DNA from: a bacterium
Lineage (GTDB): Bacteria; UBA10199; 2-02-FULL-44-16; DYJF01
NCBI GenBank assembly: GCA_041739675.1
Contig: JBGSNL010000011.1
Location: 1-36,687 of the forward strand
DNA: 36,687 nt
Direction of reading: 5' to 3'
In this document: positions 1 to 9,057 of the stretch, piece by piece
How positions within the stretch are numbered: position 1 is the first letter of the stretch
How the letters are laid out: each line of letters opens with the position of its first letter
Position numbers and translations under genes: made by a program
The notes under the pieces: model-generated
The model's input: only the letters and a program-made list of their open reading frames with translations
Databases searched by the model: none
What the model was told of the DNA's origin: nothing

Positions 1-79
1 GCTTTATCATAACAATTGATGCGAACGCCTCCGTCCGCCCACAAACCCCACTGCCCCTACGCCGACGCGTTTTGGCACA

Positions 80-337
80 GCTTCAGGGATATTCTGTTCC
101 TGTGACATGGGGTGTCCCCTGCGTGAGGACATGCCCGAAAGACGAGCCGGCAATCGCCATGCTGGCTGATATCTCATCGCCGGCTCGCCAGATAATAATA
201 CGGAGGAGATGCTACTTCTGGATGGGTCTGGCTGAGACTCATCGATGACGCGCCAGCGTGAGCGTTGCCGGCGAAGGCGAAGGGCCAAGGCCTCACGCAG
301 GGGAAACCCCATGTCACAAATTCAGAGCCCCGAAAGC
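80..337 (+). other. Long rod-like imperfect hairpin (candidate ncRNA or palindromic miniature element)
   Basis: 101-128 pairs with 291-318 (27/28 bp). Nested helices: 146-153/265-272, 158-166/252-260, 174-179/243-248, 187-193/226-232, 201-206/215-220. Non-Watson-Crick pairs in the inner helices are G-U on the + strand. Family unknown. Confidence 0.6.
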
Positions 338-422
338 CGACGAGTTTTGCATCTAAAAAATCGTTGCTAGCCATGGCGAAACGGGCTAGATGGCAGGCAA
401 GGGGGATGGAAAGGGCATTCGC

Positions 423-1040
423 ATGAAGACACGGGTCTTGGCGGTTGTGTTCTTTGCGGCAGTTTTATCGTTTGTGCTTGCTGGGCGCTCCTTCGCATGC
501 GGCCATGACGGTTTCTTTGTAGGCGGCGGTTATCAGCAGCTTTTCATGTTCACCACCGAGCATCAACTGGCAGGGCCTCTCGCCGTGAGTTCGGAGAAGA
601 TTACGTTCGGTCCGGGTTACGGCGCGCACCTTCTTATCGGATACGATTTCCCGGGCTCAAGATGGGGCATTCAGGTGGTGCCGGAATATTCGAACTTGAA
701 TCTCAATCACTCCGAGCGCGTGAACTATTTCGGAACCGCTGTAGAAGGAATACTTCATATCATTGCATGGGAGAACGGGCTCGACTTCAATCTCGTGGGC
801 GGTGTGGGTTACAGCCAGCTATTTGAAGGTCCCAGAACGAACAACACTGGCGCGGCGGGGATCAACATCGGCGTCGGTCCGGCCATCAACTGGTTTTTCC
901 ACCGCGGCGAAAAAGTGAGAAGCTCGTTGTATGCGCAAGTGCCGGTGCGCGCGGTGATATTTTTTGGGAACAATCTCTCAAAGAATCAGACAACTGTGCT
1001 CGCCGTCCCGATCCGCATCGGCGTGTCACTGGGATTTTAA
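423..1040 (+). CDS. Outer-membrane beta-barrel protein (OmpA/OmpW-like small barrel)
   Basis: N-terminal signal peptide (MKTRVLAVVFFAAVLSFVLA), amphipathic Gly/aromatic strands, C-terminal Phe (IGVSLGF). The start at 423 is preferred over 390. Confidence 0.7.
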   Translation: MKTRVLAVVFFAAVLSFVLAGRSFACGHDGFFVGGGYQQLFMFTTEHQLAGPLAVSSEKITFGPGYGAHLLIGYDFPGSRWGIQVVPEYSNLNLNHSERVNYFGTAVEGILHIIAWENGLDFNLVGGVGYSQLFEGPRTNNTGAAGINIGVGPAINWFFHRGEKVRSSLYAQVPVRAVIFFGNNLSKNQTTVLAVPIRIGVSLGF

Positions 1041-1043
1041 AAT

Positions 1044-1556
1044 ATGAAGGTTAAAAAACTTTTCTCGGAAGGGCAGATCTCGGAGGTCGTAGGTTCTCTG
1101 GCAAAAAAAATCGCCGGAGATTATAAAGATAAGAATCTGCTCGTCATAGGTTGTCTCACCGGAAGCTTCGTCTTCATGGCCGATCTTGTGCGAAAGTTGG
1201 GCATCCCGCTTGAATGCGATTTCATGAAAGTTTCAAGTTATGAAGACAGAATGAGCTCCGGCGAGCTGAGACTCCTTCTGGATGCGACCCTTCCTGTCAA
1301 GGGAAGGCATGTTGTTATTGTCGAAGACATTGTCGATACGGGCCAGTCGCTCTCCTTCATCATCAACAGATTGCGCTCTATGAACCCGGCATCTCTCGAA
1401 TCGTGCGTGCTTCTCTACAAGGAATCACCGCGCATGACAATTCGCAAAGAGTCCATCAAATATCTGGGCCTCACCGTTCAAGATGTTTTTATAGTCGGTT
1501 ACGGGATCGACTGCGCCCAGAAACACCGCGAGCTGCCGTACATTGGATGTGTTTAG
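1044..1556 (+). CDS. hpt: Hypoxanthine phosphoribosyltransferase
   Basis: PRPP-binding motif VVIVEDIVDTGQSL, DFMKVSSY, FIVGYGID...RELPYI; 170 aa. Confidence 0.92.
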   Translation: MKVKKLFSEGQISEVVGSLAKKIAGDYKDKNLLVIGCLTGSFVFMADLVRKLGIPLECDFMKVSSYEDRMSSGELRLLLDATLPVKGRHVVIVEDIVDTGQSLSFIINRLRSMNPASLESCVLLYKESPRMTIRKESIKYLGLTVQDVFIVGYGIDCAQKHRELPYIGCV

Positions 1557-1676
1557 TCATTGCGAGCGGATCATTTCGTAGCCCAACTAAAGCGGGGTCT
1601 TGGCGCCCCACTTTAAGCCCATTCAGGCCGTTATTTGCATATATATAATGATACGGCCGCAATAATTCATCAATAA

Positions 1677-1718
1677 TATCAATATATTGCCATAACGAGA
1701 TTATGGCACATTTATTGC
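1677..1718 (+). promoter_or_regulatory. Sigma-54 promoter with upstream IHF-like site
   Basis: TGGCAC-N5-TTGC at 1704-1718 with exact -24/-12 spacing. TATCAATATATTG at 1677-1689 matches WATCAANNNNTTR. GGAGG RBS precedes ATG 1752. Confidence 0.8.
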
Positions 1719-1751
1719 TCTTTTCATGGCCGAACCTTACGGGAGGCCTGC

Positions 1752-3380
1752 ATGTACAAATATTTGATCGTCATCTGTTCAGTTCTGGTTCTTGCCGGTT
1801 GCGCAGGCGGGTCGTCCGTTCCGGCCGATCAGGAAATCGAGAATCCGTCCGTCGACGGTTCCCTTCTCGGAGGTGGAAGCGATGTTGATGATGGAGATGA
1901 TATAATCGACGCGGGATCCTCGGGCGGTTCATCCACGACTTATACCTCCACCGACGATGAGGATGACGCCGAGCTCGTGGTCAAAGTGTTGAAGAGAAAA
2001 TACGAGACGTCGCTTTTTGGCGCAATCGACATCAATCTCAGGGTGAAAGGCGGATCGGGTAACTACACTTGGGTTGCCGATTGGCTGCCGCCCGGACTTT
2101 CATTTCAGGATCAGGCCGGAAAAAATATCCATATAAAGGGGCAAGTAGGTGCAATAGGAACATTTTCAGGAATAGTGAAAGTTTGTGATGCCGAAACACC
2201 TACAAACTGCGGCGAAAAAGACGGATTTGAAATCGAGGTCAAAGATAATAGAAAAGATGTTTCGGAAACGCAGATTGCATTTCTTGGATGCCAACCCTTT
2301 GAGATTGTTCAGGTCGGAAATCCTGCCAACCCTTTGAAAGAAGACAGACCCAATGCATATGAGCCGCACAGGCCGAGCGCCGATCCGTTCACGGCGACGT
2401 TTGAAGCCAAAGGCGGAACCGGCCCGTTCAAATGGACATTCTCGGCCAGGACTGAGGAAGGGTCCGGAGCTATGGCAGTAGGGGCGGAATTCGTAAGCGC
2501 ATGGAACCCGACGCCGTCGTCTGATACGCGCCAACTGGTTGTCAGCAGCACGCTCGATAGATCCATTTTCACATGTGAAGATGAGGATGGGAATCCTGTA
2601 TTCTCGCCGGACGGGGCCGTGAAGTGCGAGGGCACAAAAAAATACACGGAAGAAATAACGGTGAAGGTAGAGGATCTCTCGTGTCTGGGTTTTGGGTCGG
2701 CGGAAAAGAAATACAATTTCGATCTTACTCCCACCGACAGGATGACAATGAAGAAATTGAAGATGGCAATCAAGGTGAATTTGGGTGACACGTGCGAAAC
2801 ATGCTCTTGCGAAGGCCCGCAGTGGATCAGACTTAGATTGTATGACAGCACCGAAAAATTTCCTCTCATATCTGCGGATTTCCAAAAAGAAAATTATAAT
2901 TATGGTTACGGATGGGGCGACGGTTGTCATATAGTGAAACTTCCACAGGAATATGACTCTACCTCCATTGAAGACGGGTGGCGTCCCAGATCATGGTCGT
3001 ATGATAAAATGGGAAGCCTCATCGAAGACGGGGCAGAAGACCTCGATGCGACAGAGGGCAGAATCTTTGAGTTGCATGCACACGATACAAACGGAGACGG
3101 TGCATGGATGGACGTCAATCTGGAGTGGGCGGTGATCTTCAACGATTTTTGGTATCTTGTGACTCCGGGAACGAATCTGGAAGTTCAGGACGACGAAGAA
3201 GTCGCAAGGCTTCTTGATCTCTCGAAAATTCCGGGTGGAGATTATCTGAACTGGCATAAATGTTCCGAGATCAATCAGGATCCCAACAGAGCGTGGCTCG
3301 TCGAAAGAGGCGTATGCAATTTAAGACCGATGGGTCAGTCGGAGTATGCCGGCATGGATCAATCCTGTGAGTCACACTAA
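1752..3380 (+). CDS. Cys-rich surface lipoprotein with putative Ig-like (He_PIG-type) domains
   Basis: Lipobox VLAGC; acidic Ser/Gly/Asp linker; Ig-like motifs GGSGNYTW..LPPGL and AKGGTGPFKW. Paralog of 3594-5486. Confidence 0.7.
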   Translation: MYKYLIVICSVLVLAGCAGGSSVPADQEIENPSVDGSLLGGGSDVDDGDDIIDAGSSGGSSTTYTSTDDEDDAELVVKVLKRKYETSLFGAIDINLRVKGGSGNYTWVADWLPPGLSFQDQAGKNIHIKGQVGAIGTFSGIVKVCDAETPTNCGEKDGFEIEVKDNRKDVSETQIAFLGCQPFEIVQVGNPANPLKEDRPNAYEPHRPSADPFTATFEAKGGTGPFKWTFSARTEEGSGAMAVGAEFVSAWNPTPSSDTRQLVVSSTLDRSIFTCEDEDGNPVFSPDGAVKCEGTKKYTEEITVKVEDLSCLGFGSAEKKYNFDLTPTDRMTMKKLKMAIKVNLGDTCETCSCEGPQWIRLRLYDSTEKFPLISADFQKENYNYGYGWGDGCHIVKLPQEYDSTSIEDGWRPRSWSYDKMGSLIEDGAEDLDATEGRIFELHAHDTNGDGAWMDVNLEWAVIFNDFWYLVTPGTNLEVQDDEEVARLLDLSKIPGGDYLNWHKCSEINQDPNRAWLVERGVCNLRPMGQSEYAGMDQSCESH

Positions 3381-3400
3381 AATATTATCCTGAACCGATT

Positions 3401-3432
3401 GCCCGCCTTGGGAGACCAGGGCGGGCTTTTTT
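3401..3432 (+). terminator. Rho-independent terminator
   Basis: GCCCGCCTTGG-GAGA-CCAGGGCGGGC followed by a T-run, 20 nt after the stop codon. Confidence 0.85.
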
Positions 3433-3516
3433 ATCTGGGGTTTCAAGTCACCATATAAGCCTCAATTATTCTTTTAAAGCGCTCTTCTTCACGGCTAAAA
3501 CCAATAATCTTAATAA

Positions 3517-3558
3517 TATCCATATGTTGAAAAGAAGCCTGTTTGGTACGCTTATTGC
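3517..3558 (+). promoter_or_regulatory. Sigma-54 promoter with upstream IHF-like site
   Basis: TGGTAC-N5-TTGC at 3544-3558. TATCCATATGTTG at 3517-3529 is one mismatch from the IHF consensus. GGAGG RBS precedes ATG 3594. Confidence 0.75.
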
Positions 3559-3593
3559 TTATAATCTATGTGAATCTTTATATTGGAGGTTTC

Positions 3594-5486
3594 ATGTATA
3601 AGCATCTGGTTATCCTTTTTTCGCTCGTGGCGCTCATTGGTTGCGCCGGCGGCGGGGCGGATATTAAACAGGACCCCGATCTGAGCAAGGATTGCACCAT
3701 TTTGGGCAACTGCGATGACGTTCCCGACACGACGGATACCGACACGGACGACGACGTGGACACGGACGCGGACGGCGACGGTTCGGACACAGTCAGGGCC
3801 GTGAAGATCACGAGGGGCGCACGTGACGGCGAGACCAAAGATTTCGTTCTATATGAAGATAGCGACCTGACATTCAGAGCGAGCTACGGTTCCGAAAGCT
3901 ATGTCTGGGAAATCACGAATCTCCCCGAAGGCCTGACGGCGATCGATCTGGACAAAAAGGTAGCCAAGATCGAAGGCAGGTTTACAAATTTTGACGAAAA
4001 AATAGTTAGCGTAAAGGTTTGCGATGCGGAAGATGCTGCCAACTGCGACGCTCGAAGCTTCAAGATCGTGGTGAAGGATAACATCTCTATAACCGCCCGC
4101 TTTCGATCTTCAGAAATTCATATGATAGGAGGAGGCCTTGTTTCAAGGGCCGATTTGGTCTCCGAAAGTGTGAAGGTTCTTCCGCCGTTTCCCTCCGATC
4201 CATGCAGCTATTTGAGAATCGAAGTGAAGGGTCATATGGGAGGCTATGCGCTGGAGACGTCCGATGAGGATGTAAAATTTGCAGAGCTACCCGCAGACGT
4301 CGGGACATGCGAAAGTCTTGTCAGGAAACATTTACCTGCTTTTGCCGGTTCATCGTCATCCACAATGCCTGTCATCAGCAAGACCTACTATTTGTATGTC
4401 GAGCCCGTCGCTTACGGTACTACCCACAGGAACGTCACCGTGACCGTGAAAGACTCCGCGGGAAACGAAGACAAGATAAAGTTCAGCTCGATTGTATTCG
4501 AGCAGGATCCCTGCTCGACACCACCTGTGATAACGCAGGTTTTCGATCCGGATCACGCAATGTTGGTTGAGGACGGCGACCGTGGCTTCAACGAACGCGA
4601 GCCGAACCATCTGAACACGTTCAAATTCCAGGCGTCGGGCGGTAAAGGGCCATATATATGGTCAGTCAACGGAAAAAAGATAGGCGACGCGTTGTCCGAA
4701 GACTTTGATTACCAGATGTCAGTCGAAACTGGCGATACGTTCGTGGTTTCGACATCGTTTGAGAACCTTGGCCAGATACTGTGCTATACCTATGGCAGCG
4801 ACCGCCCGACCACTTTGGCGTATCCATCTGAGAAAGCTTGCACTGGCGGAAGACTATATTCGCAATCCATGGCAATTGACGTTCAGGACTCCTGCCTTAC
4901 CGCGCAGCATGCGTCAAAGTCGTACAGCTTTCCTTTAAGGCCGTCAGCCAGTCAGTTTCTCTCAGGCTCCAAGATAAACATGGATGTAACTTTCGGCGAT
5001 ACCTGCGGGGACTCGGGATGGTGCGAATATAATGATTGGGGCGGATACATATATATCCAGGTGAGATTCTTTAATAAGGACAACAGGGTCATTGCACAGT
5101 TCGAGCAGGATCCTGTGGACGGTGGACATCACAGTTGGACACTTAATCCAGGCGCTACGGCCGGCTATGGGGATGTACCCGTAACGGAAATAGTCAGAGC
5201 AGAGTTTCACGGCCATGATACAAATATGGACTGCCAATCTCTCGACACAACGCTCCATTCGTTGGCCATCTGGGACAAAGACTCGTATCTTTTGTGGGAC
5301 ACGGTGCATGATCCATATTGGGAAACGAGTGGTGACGACAACTGGGAGAACATTTTCACCGCAGCTAATTTCACTGAAATCAGCAGGGCCACGGATAGAC
5401 ACGTTGAATGGAAAAAGTGCGATGATATCGCCGCCGATCCAAAGTTGGAAGTTCTGAGAGATTCCGGTGCCTGCGACATTGACTAA
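3594..5486 (+). CDS. Cys-rich surface lipoprotein with putative Ig-like domains (paralog of upstream gene)
   Basis: MYKHLVILFSLVALIGC lipobox after GGAGG; Asp-Thr repeat linker; motifs YVW..LPEGL, ASGGKGPYIW, GDTC and FHGHDTN are shared with 1752-3380. Confidence 0.7.
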   Translation: MYKHLVILFSLVALIGCAGGGADIKQDPDLSKDCTILGNCDDVPDTTDTDTDDDVDTDADGDGSDTVRAVKITRGARDGETKDFVLYEDSDLTFRASYGSESYVWEITNLPEGLTAIDLDKKVAKIEGRFTNFDEKIVSVKVCDAEDAANCDARSFKIVVKDNISITARFRSSEIHMIGGGLVSRADLVSESVKVLPPFPSDPCSYLRIEVKGHMGGYALETSDEDVKFAELPADVGTCESLVRKHLPAFAGSSSSTMPVISKTYYLYVEPVAYGTTHRNVTVTVKDSAGNEDKIKFSSIVFEQDPCSTPPVITQVFDPDHAMLVEDGDRGFNEREPNHLNTFKFQASGGKGPYIWSVNGKKIGDALSEDFDYQMSVETGDTFVVSTSFENLGQILCYTYGSDRPTTLAYPSEKACTGGRLYSQSMAIDVQDSCLTAQHASKSYSFPLRPSASQFLSGSKINMDVTFGDTCGDSGWCEYNDWGGYIYIQVRFFNKDNRVIAQFEQDPVDGGHHSWTLNPGATAGYGDVPVTEIVRAEFHGHDTNMDCQSLDTTLHSLAIWDKDSYLLWDTVHDPYWETSGDDNWENIFTAANFTEISRATDRHVEWKKCDDIAADPKLEVLRDSGACDID

Positions 5487-5506
5487 GAGAGCGGGTTTCA
5501 TGATAG

Positions 5507-5537
5507 GGCCCTCCGGAAATCCGGAGGGCCTTTTTTT
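5507..5537 (+). terminator. Rho-independent terminator
   Basis: GGCCCTCCGGA-AA-TCCGGAGGGCC followed by T7. Confidence 0.9.
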
Positions 5538-5543
5538 GGCAAG

Positions 5544-5572
5544 TTGACATAGGGCCTTCAAAAGGCTAATTT
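5544..5572 (+). promoter_or_regulatory. Sigma-70-type promoter
   Basis: TTGACA (5544-5549), 17-nt spacer, TAATTT (5567-5572); 9 nt before ATG 5582. Confidence 0.6.
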
Positions 5573-5581
5573 GGCGTCGAT

Positions 5582-6436
5582 ATGAAAAAAATCGCCGCCT
5601 TTTTTTTGTTTGTTTTCACAATTTTAGCGGGCACGTCGTTTGCCTTCCAGACGTCGGGTTTCACGAATCCGTACGGCGTTGTTGTCGATCAGAAAACCGG
5701 CCTCATCTATGTCGGAAACGTTAACGGCGGTGTAGACGACAAAGACGACAACGGTTTCATCTCGCGCCTCAAAACAGACGGGACAATCGATCTGATCAAA
5801 TTCATAGACGGTGCGTCGCCGGACATCATGCTGCATGCTCCGAAGGGGATGGCGATTCTGGGCAACTTTCTTTACGTTTGCGATCTGGACGCACTTCACA
5901 CGTACGACCTCACGACCGGCAAACAACTCTTTGACGTGAACTTTGGGACTCTTCCGCATCAGAGTTTTTACGCTATCACTATCGGGCCCGACGGCGCGCT
6001 CTATCTTGCCGATGCAGGCATGAACGTGATTTACCGAATCGACGTGGCCAAACAGCATGAGGTCACGGCGTTCGCCGCCGGCGAAGATTTTGGCTCGCCT
6101 CATGGAATGGCGTGGTATCCAGCACGGCAGGTCTTTGTCGTTTCCGGAAACGCGTCAGGCCAGATCACGGCCTACGACAGATCGGGAAAGCGCCAGCAGA
6201 CGCCGGGGATCTTTGTTAAAACCCTTGAAGGCATGGACGTAGACGACACCGGAAATCTTTACGTCGCGAGCCGCGATTTGGGTTCCGTCTATCGCATGTC
6301 GCCGACGTTTGCTATCAACGGATATCAGGTGGGCCTGCAATCTCCCGTCGGTGTGGGTTTGAACCGCGCAACGAAAGAGATGATCGTCACTTCATTTTCA
6401 GGAAATACCGTTCAGTCATATCCGACAGTCAAATGA
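5582..6436 (+). CDS. Secreted beta-propeller protein (SMP-30/gluconolactonase/NHL-like)
   Basis: Signal peptide; repeated blades (PYGVVVD, PKGMAI, GPDGALYLAD, PHGMAW, EGMDVDDTGNLYVA). Confidence 0.75.
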   Translation: MKKIAAFFLFVFTILAGTSFAFQTSGFTNPYGVVVDQKTGLIYVGNVNGGVDDKDDNGFISRLKTDGTIDLIKFIDGASPDIMLHAPKGMAILGNFLYVCDLDALHTYDLTTGKQLFDVNFGTLPHQSFYAITIGPDGALYLADAGMNVIYRIDVAKQHEVTAFAAGEDFGSPHGMAWYPARQVFVVSGNASGQITAYDRSGKRQQTPGIFVKTLEGMDVDDTGNLYVASRDLGSVYRMSPTFAINGYQVGLQSPVGVGLNRATKEMIVTSFSGNTVQSYPTVK

Positions 6437-6900
6437 TTCCCCGCGAAGTTCATATAAAATGGATGCAAGAGGCGATCTGCGAGGCGGGCAAGGCGGCCGG
6501 CAAGGATGAGGTGCCTGTCGGGGCCGTGGCCGTAATCGGCGGCAGGATAGTTGCGCGCGCCCACAACATCCGCGAGAAAACGCACAATCCGCTCGGCCAC
6601 GCGGAGCTCTTGCTTCTTGAAAAGCTCGCAAAAAAACAGAAATCGTGGCGGTTGACCGATTGCACGATCTATGCCACATGCGAGCCGTGCCTCATGTGCG
6701 CCGGCGCGCTTTTGCAGGCGCGAGTGCCGACAGTGGTTTACGGCTGCAAAGATCCGAAGGCGGGCGCCTGCGGCTCGTTATACAACGTGATGCAGGACGA
6801 GAGATTGAATCATCGCATAAAAGTGGTAAGCGGAGTTCTTGAAGAAGAGTGCGCAAAGCTTCTCTCGGAATTTTTCCGCCATAAGAGGAGAAAAAAATGA
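6433..6900 (+). CDS. tadA: tRNA adenosine(34) deaminase
   Basis: EVPVGAV, HAE, TCEPCLMC zinc motif, DPKAGA, LNH, FF followed by a basic C-terminus. Confidence 0.92.
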   Translation: MIPREVHIKWMQEAICEAGKAAGKDEVPVGAVAVIGGRIVARAHNIREKTHNPLGHAELLLLEKLAKKQKSWRLTDCTIYATCEPCLMCAGALLQARVPTVVYGCKDPKAGACGSLYNVMQDERLNHRIKVVSGVLEEECAKLLSEFFRHKRRKK

Positions 6901-8987
6901 AAGAGTTTTTTTATCCTAAGACAATCGCCGTGATCGGCGTTTCCGAATCGCCCGACAACATGGGCAGAAACATCGTCGCCAATCTCATCGAGTTCAACTA
7001 CGACGGCATCATCTACGAAGTGGGATACAAGGGCGGCACGCTCTTCGGCAGAAGGATCTACCGCTCCGTTTCCGACATACCCGATCAGATAGATCTCGCG
7101 GTGATACTGACACCGGCGAAGACCGTTCCCGATATACTCAAAGAGTGCGGCGGGAAGGGCGTCAGGTGCGTCATCATCGAATCGGCCGGCTTCAGGGAGT
7201 TCGGCCCCGACGGCAAAAAGACGGAAGACGAACTTTTAAAAGTCGCGCGTCAATACGACATAAAATTCATCGGCCCCAACTGCATAGGCGTGATGAATCT
7301 CCACAACGGCCTGGCGCTCTCCTTCACCAGCTTCAAAAACGTCTTTCGCAAGGGTGGCATTTCGCTTGTGACGCAGAGCGGTGGCGTGGGTATCAGTTAC
7401 TTAAATGTTTTGGCGAGCGAAAATCTGGGAATCGCGAAGTTTGCAAGCATAGGCAACAAACTTGTCATCAACGAAAACGATCTGCTCTCTTATTTCATAG
7501 ACGATCCGGAGACGGAGATCGTCTGCCTTTATCTTGAAGGGATAAGCGACGGCCGCCGCCTGATGGAGATAGCAAGAAAATCTTCAAAACCTATCCTGCT
7601 GCACAAATCGAATATAGGAAAAGAGGCGAAGGCGATCGCAAAGTCCCACACGGCCTCTCTTTCAAGCGACGACGCGGTGGTTTCCGCGGCGCTGAAACAG
7701 GCCGGCATCGCGCGTTTCAAGGATCACGAAACGCTCGTCAATTATCTGAAGATACTGCCGCTGCCCCGCCTCACGGGAAACAGGCTCGCGATTCTGTCGC
7801 GTTCGGGCGGCCATGCGGTGATCGCCGCCGATGCGTGCGAAGAGGCCGGCTTCACGCTGGCGCCTTTCGACGCCGCGTTCATCAAAGATGTGGAGCAGCA
7901 TTTCCGCGCGCACGTCATCTCTCTCACGAACCCCCTGGATCTGGGCGATCTCTTCGATTACGAACTCTACATAAGAATTGTGGAACAGACGATTACGCAG
8001 CCTAATGTCGACGGACTCGTCTTTCTGCACACGTATTTTTCCGCAACGGAGGGGGAGGCCTCGCGCGCCCTTTTCGCCGAGCTTGAAAAGATATCCTATA
8101 CGTACAAAAAGCCTATCGCGATATGCGTCGCCACCGACGAGGAAGAGCTCTATCGTCTGAGGCAGAAACTCCCGCAGCCGGTCTTCACATCGCCCTCTGA
8201 TGCGATCTACGCGCTGGCGCTTGCGCGCGATTTCCGCCACGAGATGCGCCCTGCTCCGGCTAATATGTCGAAGATTTCCGTCGAGAAGGATAAGGCTGAA
8301 AAAATCATCAATGCGTGTGTGAAAGACGGGCGCAGCCCGCTTCTGGGCGAGGCGCTCGATATCCTTTCCGCCTATGGCATTCCGGTCGTCAAAAGCGTTC
8401 TTGTCGAAAAAGAAGACGAGGCTGCAGAAGAGGCCAAAAAACTCGGCTACCCCGTTGCGATGAAAATTGTCTCCCCCACCATTTCTCACAAGACCGATCT
8501 GGGGGGTGTGCAACTCAACATAAGAAACGAGGATGCGCTCCGGCAGTCGTTTTCAGAAATGATGGCGAATATCAAGAAGCGCGTGCCGGGCGCCGCGATC
8601 GAAGGGGTCATTGTGCAGCCCATGATCTCCGGCGGCCGCGAACTCATCATCGGCGCCAAGAGGGACCCGAATTTCGGCCCGACCGTCATGGTTGGGTTGG
8701 GCGGTATCTTCGTCGAGATTTTTCGCGACACCGCGCTTCGCGTCGTTCCCTTCGACGAAAAAGAGACCGATCAGATGTTCGCGGAACTCAGAGGTTATCC
8801 TATTCTCACGGGTGCGCGCGGCGAAAAAGGCTACGATCTCGCCAAGGCCAAGGATGTTGTTGCCCGGCTGAGCCTTCTCATCAGCAATTTTCCGCAGATA
8901 TCCGAGGTGGATCTAAATCCCTTCCGAGTGCTTCCGGAGGGGGAGGGCGGTTTTTGTCTCGACGCGCGAATGGTTTTTTCCAAGTAA
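6897..8987 (+). CDS. Acetate/acyl-CoA ligase (NDP-forming), fused alpha/beta
   Basis: CoA-binding N-terminus (IAVIGVS), GPNCIG, QSGG, phospho-His SHTASL, NPLDL, ATP-grasp C-terminus (HKTDLGGV, DPNFGP, DLNP). Confidence 0.88.
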   Translation: MKEFFYPKTIAVIGVSESPDNMGRNIVANLIEFNYDGIIYEVGYKGGTLFGRRIYRSVSDIPDQIDLAVILTPAKTVPDILKECGGKGVRCVIIESAGFREFGPDGKKTEDELLKVARQYDIKFIGPNCIGVMNLHNGLALSFTSFKNVFRKGGISLVTQSGGVGISYLNVLASENLGIAKFASIGNKLVINENDLLSYFIDDPETEIVCLYLEGISDGRRLMEIARKSSKPILLHKSNIGKEAKAIAKSHTASLSSDDAVVSAALKQAGIARFKDHETLVNYLKILPLPRLTGNRLAILSRSGGHAVIAADACEEAGFTLAPFDAAFIKDVEQHFRAHVISLTNPLDLGDLFDYELYIRIVEQTITQPNVDGLVFLHTYFSATEGEASRALFAELEKISYTYKKPIAICVATDEEELYRLRQKLPQPVFTSPSDAIYALALARDFRHEMRPAPANMSKISVEKDKAEKIINACVKDGRSPLLGEALDILSAYGIPVVKSVLVEKEDEAAEEAKKLGYPVAMKIVSPTISHKTDLGGVQLNIRNEDALRQSFSEMMANIKKRVPGAAIEGVIVQPMISGGRELIIGAKRDPNFGPTVMVGLGGIFVEIFRDTALRVVPFDEKETDQMFAELRGYPILTGARGEKGYDLAKAKDVVARLSLLISNFPQISEVDLNPFRVLPEGEGGFCLDARMVFSK

Positions 8988-9057
8988 TTTCAAAGACTTA
9001 AAACCTAGCAACTTTTTTGAAAAACCTGCGATAAAAGTGCCGAAAGGGTGTCTTAAG

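Noticed and set aside
72..88. TTGGCAC as a sigma-54 -24 box
   Set aside because: There is no TTGC/GC at the required -12 spacing.
80..337. Hairpin as SRP RNA, integron attC or retron msr-msd
   Set aside because: It lacks the SRP helix-8 signature and RYYYAAC/GTTRRRY ends, and no reverse transcriptase or integrase is in the window.
7..374. Short minus-strand ORFs 7-312 and 174-374
   Set aside because: They have no recognisable protein features and overlap the palindrome, so they are likely incidental.
3726..3790. GACACGGAC-like repeats as a CRISPR or DNA repeat
   Set aside because: They are explained by the Asp-Thr low-complexity linker of the lipoprotein. No repeat-spacer array was seen anywhere in the window.
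9020..9046. Possible sigma-28 promoter (GCCGAAAG) before the orphan pair
   Set aside because: The -10 match is imperfect and there is no clear TAAA -35 at the right spacing, so it is too weak to call.
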